In this document: positions 27,501 to 34,022 of the stretch, piece after piece
Layout: every line of letters starts with the position of its first letter
How positions within the stretch are numbered: the stretch's first letter is position 1
From: an uncultured Clostridia bacterium
GTDB taxonomy: Bacteria > Bacillota > Clostridia > TANB77 > CAG-508
NCBI GenBank assembly: GCA_947631725.1
Contig: CANRML010000001.1
Location: forward strand, 1-34,022
DNA: 34,022 bases
Direction: 5' to 3'
Program-made: the position numbers and the translations under genes
Notes under the pieces: generated by a model
Told to the model about the DNA's origin: nothing
The model's input: only the letters and a program-made list of their open reading frames with translations
The model's database searches: none

Positions 27501-30500
27501 CTTTTGTAGCCTCTAAGTCTTTTAGAAAATTGGTTACATCATTTAAAATTTGCCTTTCATTTGTTGTCCCTATTTTTAAAGTAATCATTGGTTTTATACC
27601 TGGTTGGAATTTTATTGCATTTTTATATTTTTCAACTAATTTGATAACATCAATATTAAATTTACTCTGTTCAAATGTAAATACAACTGCTGTTCCTTTG
27701 CTTGTTATTTGAGTAATATAGTATTGTTTTGCTAGATATTTAATTCTTGCAATATCTAAAAGATTTTCTAGTTCTGGTGGCATATTGCCAAATCTATCTA
27801 TAATTTCATCTATAACATTTTGTATGTCTTCTTCATTTTTGCATAATGCAATATTTTGATATATTTCTATTTTCTGACTTCCATCAGATATATATTCCTC
27901 TGGAATATAGCTTGTAACATTTAAATCAATTTGTATATCAATTTCAGGTTCAATTTCAATTCCCTGCATTTCTTTAACAACTTCATCTAATAAATTACAA
28001 TATGTATCATATCCTACTTGTTCTAAATGTCCTGATTGAATTTCTCCTAATAAACTTCCTGCTCCTCTAATTTCTAAGTCTCGCATTGCAATTTTAAATC
28101 CTGATCCGAATTCTGTAAATTCTTTAATTGCCTTTAGTCTTTTATCAGCAACTTCAGCTAACATTTTATCTCTTTTATATGTAATATATGCATATGCCTG
28201 CCTATCACTTCTTCCTACTCTTCCACGAATTTGATATAACTGTGCTAATCCCATTTTATCAGCATTTTCTACAATAATGGTATTAGCATTTGGTATATCA
28301 ATACCTGATTCTAAAATAGTAGTACAAACAAGTACATTTGTCTTTTTATCAATAAAGTCTTGCATAATATCTTCTATTTCTTTACCTGTCATACGTCCAT
28401 GTGCATATGTAACATTTGCTTCTGGAACTAGTCTTGAAATGCTATCAGCCTTTTTTTGTATATTTTCTACATTGTTAAAGATATAGAATACTTGTCCATT
28501 TCTTTCTATTTCTTTAGTAATTGCCTCTTTTATAACTTCTGTATCATATTCAAGTACATATGTCTGTACTGGTTTACGATTTTGTGGTGGTTCATATATA
28601 ACTGACATATCTCTAATACCTACAATAGACATATGCATCGTTCTTGGAATTGGTGTAGCAGTCATTGTTAAAACATCAATATTTGCTTTATATTGTTTAA
28701 TTTTCTCCTTTGCTTTTACTCCAAAACGGTGTTCTTCGTCAATTATCAATAACCCAATGTCTTTGAATTCTACATCCTTGCTTAGCATTCTATGAGTTCC
28801 AATAACAATATCTACTTGTCCTAGTGCTAGCTTTTTTAGTACCTCTTTTTGGTATTTTTCTGATTTAAATCTATTTAATATTTCTACTGTAATTGGAAAA
28901 TCTTTCATCCTACTTTTAAATTCTTCATATTGTTGTTGAGCTAAAACAGTTGTTGGGACTAAATATGCAACTTGTTTTTGATCCATTACAGCTTTAAAGG
29001 CTGCTCTAATTGCAACTTCTGTTTTTCCATATCCAACATCTCCACATAATAGTCTATCCATTGGTTTTGGTGCTTCCATATCTTTTTTTACTTCTTCGAT
29101 ACAACGAAGTTGATCATCTGTTTCTTGATATGGGAATTTATCTTCAAATTGTGTTTGCCATGGAGTATCTTTACTAAAGCTAAATCCTCTTGTTTTTTCT
29201 CTTTTGGCATATAGTTCAATAAGTTCTCTTGCCACTTCTCGTAAATTTTTCTTAACCCTTGCTTTAGTCTCTTGCCATGCTTTTCCACTTAATCTATTTA
29301 TTTTTGGAGATAAACTATCTCCACCTATATATTTTCTAATGGCATCTAATTGATTTATTGGTACATATAGTATGTCATCATTTTGATATTTTAATTTAAT
29401 ATAATCTTTGGTTGTTCCATCTGCAGTAATTGTATTTACACCAGTATATATACCAATTCCATAATTTTTATGTACAACATAATCTCCTACTTTCAAGTCT
29501 GCAAATACAATTTTTTCTCCTTCTTTGTATGCTTGACTTACTAAGCTTTTCTTTCTTTTGCCACCTTCAATTAGTTCATCTGCTGAAATTACTATTTGTC
29601 CAATTTCATTATTTATATATCCTTCTGTTAATTTACCAATTGTTATAGTTACAACTTGTTTTGATTTTGCAATAATAGTTTTATCTAGTTTTTCTTCTAT
29701 TTTACTAAGTATTTCTTGTTCTTGTAATATTTGTTCTAATTTTTTAGCTTTTTCTTTATTTGATACAACAATATATATCGACGATTTTTTTATTTCTTTT
29801 TTTATGTCTTTAAATAATTGTTCAATTTCACTTTTATAATATGTAATTTCTTTGTATTTAAATTCATATTTAGTCATTTGCTCTTTTATTGGCGTATCAG
29901 TTTTTTCAATATATATAATCTCATTTTTAGTTTGCTGTAGTTTTTCTTCTATGTCCCCATATGGCATAGTATTTGAAATAGCTTGTGGTACAATTTTTTC
30001 TTTTTCTATCAATGCTTTTTCTATATTTTCTACGTCTACAATAATATTTTTAGCTCTTTGTTTAATCTTATTTACTTCATCTATTGCTATTATATATTCA
30101 CTATTAAAATAATCTAATATGCTTTCTTGTTCTTCATAAAAGCAATCAAAATATTTATCGATTTTACTTAAGTAATTTCCAGCCTTAATTTGTTCTATAT
30201 CTTGTTCAATAATATTTTCTTGATTATCATTTGTAATCATATTTCTTATATTTTCACAAATTTTTTCAATTGGCTTTTCTAAAACATATTCATATGCTGG
30301 TTCAATTTCTATTTTTTCTAAAGTGTTTGTTGACCTTTGGCTTGCAATATTGAAATTTCTAATTGAATCTACTTCATCTCCCCAAAATTCAATTCTTACA
30401 CCTACTGTGTTGTCCATTGAAACATCTAAAATTCCACCTCTAATGCTAAATTGTCCTCTTCCTTCTATCAATTCACATCTTGTATATCCTAGATTTACCA

Positions 30501-30963
30501 AGGTTTTCTTAATTGTATCTAGTGAATATACTTCTCCTACTTTAAATGTACACATATTTTTAAATAAAGTTTTTTTACTTGGTAATTTTTGCATTACAGC
30601 CTCTATAGTTGTAACAATTATTTGATTTTTCCTTCCCTTTAATTTATTTAATGTATCAATTCTTTCATATGGCAAATCTTTACTCTCTGTGACATAATCA
30701 TATGTTACAATTTCTTTTTTAGGGAAAAAGATAGCTTTATCTGTAAAAAATTTCAAGTTTTCCATTATTTGCCTTGCTTGTATCTCATTATATGTGATAA
30801 TTACTATTGGCTTTTTCAGATATTCATTTATACTTGCTAATATTTGTAACATCCCCACTGACGTTAAGCCCGATATACCTATCGGACTTTGTTTATTTCC
30901 TATTTGATTTACCATTTTGACAAATTTTTCTGATTTGCCTAATTCTCCTAGAATAGTATTCAT
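27484..30963 (-). CDS. mfd: Transcription-repair coupling factor Mfd
   Basis: 1159 aa. Superfamily-2 helicase motifs GDVGYGKTEVA, LIIDEEHRFGV and MTATPIPRT, with UvrB-homology-like N-terminal and TRG-like C-terminal regions (my reading). Confidence 0.97.
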   Translation of the reverse strand: MNTILGELGKSEKFVKMVNQIGNKQSPIGISGLTSVGMLQILASINEYLKKPIVIITYNEIQARQIMENLKFFTDKAIFFPKKEIVTYDYVTESKDLPYERIDTLNKLKGRKNQIIVTTIEAVMQKLPSKKTLFKNMCTFKVGEVYSLDTIKKTLVNLGYTRCELIEGRGQFSIRGGILDVSMDNTVGVRIEFWGDEVDSIRNFNIASQRSTNTLEKIEIEPAYEYVLEKPIEKICENIRNMITNDNQENIIEQDIEQIKAGNYLSKIDKYFDCFYEEQESILDYFNSEYIIAIDEVNKIKQRAKNIIVDVENIEKALIEKEKIVPQAISNTMPYGDIEEKLQQTKNEIIYIEKTDTPIKEQMTKYEFKYKEITYYKSEIEQLFKDIKKEIKKSSIYIVVSNKEKAKKLEQILQEQEILSKIEEKLDKTIIAKSKQVVTITIGKLTEGYINNEIGQIVISADELIEGGKRKKSLVSQAYKEGEKIVFADLKVGDYVVHKNYGIGIYTGVNTITADGTTKDYIKLKYQNDDILYVPINQLDAIRKYIGGDSLSPKINRLSGKAWQETKARVKKNLREVARELIELYAKREKTRGFSFSKDTPWQTQFEDKFPYQETDDQLRCIEEVKKDMEAPKPMDRLLCGDVGYGKTEVAIRAAFKAVMDQKQVAYLVPTTVLAQQQYEEFKSRMKDFPITVEILNRFKSEKYQKEVLKKLALGQVDIVIGTHRMLSKDVEFKDIGLLIIDEEHRFGVKAKEKIKQYKANIDVLTMTATPIPRTMHMSIVGIRDMSVIYEPPQNRKPVQTYVLEYDTEVIKEAITKEIERNGQVFYIFNNVENIQKKADSISRLVPEANVTYAHGRMTGKEIEDIMQDFIDKKTNVLVCTTILESGIDIPNANTIIVENADKMGLAQLYQIRGRVGRSDRQAYAYITYKRDKMLAEVADKRLKAIKEFTEFGSGFKIAMRDLEIRGAGSLLGEIQSGHLEQVGYDTYCNLLDEVVKEMQGIEIEPEIDIQIDLNVTSYIPEEYISDGSQKIEIYQNIALCKNEEDIQNVIDEIIDRFGNMPPELENLLDIARIKYLAKQYYITQITSKGTAVVFTFEQSKFNIDVIKLVEKYKNAIKFQPGIKPMITLKIGTTNERQILNDVTNFLKDLEATKVEKKQ

Positions 30964-30984
30964 TTTCTTTTTCCTTTTCTAATT

Positions 30985-31013
30985 TTGACTTTTAAGCTAT
31001 TTTATTGTATAAT
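30985..31013 (+). promoter_or_regulatory. Promoter of cassette 1: TTGACT-17-TATAAT
   Basis: TTGACT at 30985-30990, a 17-nt spacer, and TATAAT at 31008-31013. Confidence 0.6.
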
Positions 31014-31044
31014 TAAAGTTATATTAAAAACAAAGGGGGGCTTT

Positions 31045-31386
31045 ATGATGTACAATGATGATTACACTGCGGAATATTTTGCCTTTGAAGAATCTCTTTC
31101 AAAGCGGTTTTTTAAGCCAGTGTCATCAAAAGTAAAAGACTATGCTATAGGTTTTGTTTTAGGTGATAATGTCTCAGTTTCTTTGAAAGAAGAACTCTAC
31201 AGCTATATCGACAATCGGTTCGAAAAGCTGGGGACTTGCATACTTTGGAACAAAGCCGAAGAGCTAATCAAGATTCTTACGAAGTATGGTGTCAAAATTG
31301 GCTCAAAAGAAGCCATTATAAAAAGAGATGCTGTGCTCACAAGTAAGAATCAAAAAGTTGCACCTAAAGTAACTTTTAGCATTTAA
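31045..31386 (+). CDS. Hypothetical small protein, paralog 1 (113 aa)
   Basis: RBS AAGGGGGG at 31033-40. It shares about 47% identity (hand alignment over ~88 aa) with the next ORF. GC is higher than the surrounding genes. Confidence 0.65.
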   Translation: MMYNDDYTAEYFAFEESLSKRFFKPVSSKVKDYAIGFVLGDNVSVSLKEELYSYIDNRFEKLGTCILWNKAEELIKILTKYGVKIGSKEAIIKRDAVLTSKNQKVAPKVTFSI

Positions 31387-31392
31387 GTCAAA

Positions 31393-31436
31393 GGGGAAAC
31401 TGGTAAACTTACGGTTTCCCCCTCCTCCATTTTTTA
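31393..31436 (+). terminator. Conserved 3' hairpin + CCTCCTCCA + T-run (cassette 1)
   Basis: A 10-bp stem 31393-31402 / 31412-31421 (GGGGAAACTG / CGGTTTCCCC), then CTCCTCCA, then TTTTTT at 31430-31435. The 8-nt gap before the T-run is atypical for an intrinsic terminator. Confidence 0.5.
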
Positions 31437-31469
31437 TCTTTTGCATTTATAAATTATTGTCTTTTTATT

Positions 31470-31498
31470 TTGACTTTCTATTTGTTTTATATTATAAT
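31470..31498 (+). promoter_or_regulatory. Promoter of cassette 2: TTGACT-17-TATAAT
   Basis: TTGACT at 31470-31475, a 17-nt spacer, and TATAAT at 31493-31498. Confidence 0.6.
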
Positions 31499-31528
31499 AA
31501 AAACACAAAAATATAAAGGGGGTTATTT

Positions 31529-31822
31529 ATGTCTGACAATTCTAACAGCAATTTTTCATTTGAGAGTGCTCTCTCAAGGCGGCATTTCAATTATGTAACA
31601 CAAGAAGAAAAAGACAATGCTATAGAATATGTTTTAGGCTGTCATATTCCAGTTTCTTTGAAGAAGGAACTTGACAGTTACATTGACCGGCAACTTGAAG
31701 AGATAGGTGTTTGCCTACTTATGGATAATAAGAAGGATTTAGACTGTATTTTAGTAAAATATGGTCAAAAAATCGGTCCAAAAAGTGTAGTTATCAGTCG
31801 GCACGGTCTTATCAAAAGTTAA
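31529..31822 (+). CDS. Hypothetical small protein, paralog 2 (97 aa)
   Basis: RBS AAAGGGGG. The shared core with paralog 1 is FxFE..LS.R.F...KD.AI..VLG...VSLK.EL.SYID...E..G.C.L...L..IL.KYG.KIG.K. I counted 102 G+C in 294 nt (35%). Confidence 0.65.
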   Translation: MSDNSNSNFSFESALSRRHFNYVTQEEKDNAIEYVLGCHIPVSLKKELDSYIDRQLEEIGVCLLMDNKKDLDCILVKYGQKIGPKSVVISRHGLIKS

Positions 31823-31840
31823 TCTTTAGCAATTAAACTA

Positions 31841-31880
31841 GGGGGAATTAGTAAATTTACTGGTTTCCCCTCCTCCATTT
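31841..31880 (+). terminator. Conserved 3' hairpin + CCTCCA + T-rich tract (cassette 2)
   Basis: An 11-bp stem with G-U pairs, 31841-31851 / 31860-31870, then TCCTCCATTTATTTTT. It is homologous to the cassette 1 element. Confidence 0.45.
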
Positions 31881-31884
31881 ATTT

Positions 31885-33855
31885 TTACATTTTAACAACT
31901 AATTTATCAAATTTTGAATAAATGTATGTTTCTAATTTTTTCATAAATTCATTTGGTTCAATTTCCTTTTTAGCAACTAAATCTAATCCTTTTTCCCAGC
32001 TTGCAGTTAATTTTGGATTTAACATATCAGGCATAGAGCTTTTAACTATATCATATATATATTCTCCTTTTTTTGTTGGAGTTATTATTTGTGTTTTCGA
32101 ATTTATTTCAATATATTTAATTTTTTCTAACTTTTTCATAATTTCTGCTCTAGTAGCACTTGTTCCAATTCCTGCACCTTTTATTTGTTCTCTTAGTTCT
32201 TCGTCCTCTATCAATTTTCCTGCATTTTCCATTGCTAATATAATAGAACCTGAATTATATCTACTAGGTGGTGTGGTTTCTGCTTCTTTTATTTCTGCAT
32301 TTTGTAAAATTATTTCTTGTCCTTTTTTTAGACTCTTAAGAAGTTCTATATTTTCTTCTTTTTTTTCTTCACTTTCCACATTTTGTTTTGTATCTGTTGA
32401 TTGTTTATCTGTTATCTTATCATTTGGCTTTAATATTTCTAAAAAGCCTTTTTTAATACACACTTTTCCACTAGTAAAAAAGCTTTCATATTTTTCCTCT
32501 GTTTGATACACATCAATAGTTACTTGTATTTTATTGTATTCTGCTGGTGGATAAAAAATTGCTAAAAATCTTTTTACAATCACTTTATATATCTGTTTTT
32601 GCAAATCTGGCAATTTTTCATAGTTCTCATAGCCTTGACCTGTTGGGATAATAGCATAATGGTCTGTTATTTTACTATCATTAACATATTTGGTTTTTAA
32701 TAAATTTGTTGAATAGCCTTCATCTACCATTTTTTTGATATATCCACTAATTTCTTCATCATTAAATCCTTTTGCAATTCCATTTAAGTTTTTCTTAATT
32801 TCTTTTGCTACTGCTGTTGATAGAACTCTTGCATCTGTTCTTGGATAAGTAACTAACTTTTTCTCATATAAATTTTGTATTATTTCCAATGTTTCATCTG
32901 GTTTTATTTTAAAACGTTTTGTGCATTCATTTTGAATTTCTGCTAAATTAAATAACAATGGAGCATTTTCTTTTTGCTTTGATTTTTTTAATTCAGTAAT
33001 TTTAGCCTTTTTTCCTGCTAAATTACTAATAAATTGTTTTGCATCATTTTCTTTTTTAAACCCTGTTTCATTATATAACTTTGGAGATTCAAATTCTGTC
33101 GAATTTTGCGTTGCCTTCCATTCTGCATCAAAAGTTTTATTTTCTTCTCCAAATTTTCCTATTATTTTATAATATTTTGTTTTTACAAAGTTTCTAATTT
33201 CTCTTTCTCTTGATACTATCATCCCTAGAACACAAGTCATTACTCTTCCTACTGAAATAGATGCTCTTTCTTCTGATATACTTTGTGCTAGTTTTCTTCC
33301 ATATATAATTGATAATAGTCTTGAAAAATTTATACCTATCAAATAATCTTCTTTTGCTCTTAAATATGCACTATCTGACAAACTATCATATTCCGATAAA
33401 TCTTTTGCTTCCTTTATTCCTCTTAAGATTTCCTCTTCTGTTTGAGAATCAATCCATACTCTTTTCATTTTAATATTAGGTCTTGGTTTTGCCATCATAA
33501 ATACTAGTCTTTGTATGTATTCTCCTTCTCTCCCTGAGTCTCCTGCATTATATATTTCTTCAACATCTTCTCTGTGCATAAGTTCTTTTATTATATTAAA
33601 TTGATTTTGCACATTTGGTATTATTTCATATTTCCACTCTTGTGGAATAAATGGCAATGTATCTAATCTCCAAAATTTTAAGTTTTCATTATATTTTTCT
33701 GGGTAGCTCATTGTAACTAAATGGCCAACACACCATGTTATAATCCAATCATTTGATTCAATATATCCGTTTTTTCTATTTGTTTGGATTTTTAGTGCTT
33801 TAGCAAATTCCATAGCTACAGATGGCTTTTCTGTAATTAGTAATTTTTTGCTCAT
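31885..33855 (-). CDS. topB: DNA topoisomerase III (type IA)
   Basis: Toprim start MSKKLLITEKPSVA preceded by AAGGAG. Active-site tyrosine motif LVTYPRTDARVLS. There are no C-terminal zinc fingers. The track ORF extends 15 codons upstream. Confidence 0.9.
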   Translation of the reverse strand: MSKKLLITEKPSVAMEFAKALKIQTNRKNGYIESNDWIITWCVGHLVTMSYPEKYNENLKFWRLDTLPFIPQEWKYEIIPNVQNQFNIIKELMHREDVEEIYNAGDSGREGEYIQRLVFMMAKPRPNIKMKRVWIDSQTEEEILRGIKEAKDLSEYDSLSDSAYLRAKEDYLIGINFSRLLSIIYGRKLAQSISEERASISVGRVMTCVLGMIVSREREIRNFVKTKYYKIIGKFGEENKTFDAEWKATQNSTEFESPKLYNETGFKKENDAKQFISNLAGKKAKITELKKSKQKENAPLLFNLAEIQNECTKRFKIKPDETLEIIQNLYEKKLVTYPRTDARVLSTAVAKEIKKNLNGIAKGFNDEEISGYIKKMVDEGYSTNLLKTKYVNDSKITDHYAIIPTGQGYENYEKLPDLQKQIYKVIVKRFLAIFYPPAEYNKIQVTIDVYQTEEKYESFFTSGKVCIKKGFLEILKPNDKITDKQSTDTKQNVESEEKKEENIELLKSLKKGQEIILQNAEIKEAETTPPSRYNSGSIILAMENAGKLIEDEELREQIKGAGIGTSATRAEIMKKLEKIKYIEINSKTQIITPTKKGEYIYDIVKSSMPDMLNPKLTASWEKGLDLVAKKEIEPNEFMKKLETYIYSKFDKLVVKM

Positions 33856-34022
33856 AATGTCTCCTTTTTGTTTTTTCTTAGCTTTCCTGTATTGTACCAC
33901 ATTTTTTGTGTTTTTGGAAGAGGCTTTTTGACAACTTTAAAATTTTGGTCAATTGAAAAAGTAAATTCAATTTAGAAAAAGTAACTTCTAGTTACCGATT
34001 AAGTGCTATTTAGAAGGATTTA

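Noticed and set aside
31388-31435. Antisense micro-ORFs inside the two cassette hairpins (MEEGETVSLPVSPLT and MEEGKPVNLLIPPSLIAKD)
   Set aside because: Their similarity follows directly from nucleotide conservation of the hairpin. The substitutions preserve base pairing rather than the peptide, and there is no RBS.
1-34022. CRISPR arrays, tRNA or rRNA genes, and long tandem repeats
   Set aside because: Scanning the intergenic regions by eye revealed no regularly spaced repeats, no tRNA-like cloverleaf segments, and no rRNA-like sequence.

Overview
Very AT-rich chromosomal segment, roughly 25-28% GC by eye, with Firmicutes/Clostridia-like features: a T-box leader, a SpoVB-like flippase, a sortase with its substrate, and HU. 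Most genes are on the minus strand. The backbone is housekeeping: FAD oxidoreductase, patatin-like lipase, WG-repeat protein, CNNM/HlyC transporter, aspS, hup, SpoVB/MurJ-like flippase, smc, an NMT1-type ABC importer, a J-domain protein, trmL, aqpZ, a TrmH-family methylase, mfd and topB. Several accessory patches sit between these genes. (1) A sortase plus a thioester (TQXA) surface protein whose LPITG signal has no membrane tail. (2) A catalytically degenerate Rpn-like gene plus an XRE regulator. (3) A roughly 3 kb patch at 24.4-27.5 kb. It holds a solo MazF-fold toxin with an N-terminal extension, a frameshifted IS91-family transposase, a coupled hyper-acidic zinc-ribbon gene, and a higher-GC 71-aa tail-anchored protein cassette. 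(4) Two tandem, diverged, higher-GC small-gene cassettes between mfd and topB, each with its own near-consensus promoter and a conserved 3' hairpin. A NifS-type cysteine desulfurase gene is broken by two +1 insertions. The aspS T-box leader contains no Asp codon. I cannot name a known system for patches 3 and 4, and they are my best candidates for undescribed biology. All functional calls rest on motif recognition by eye, not on database searches.
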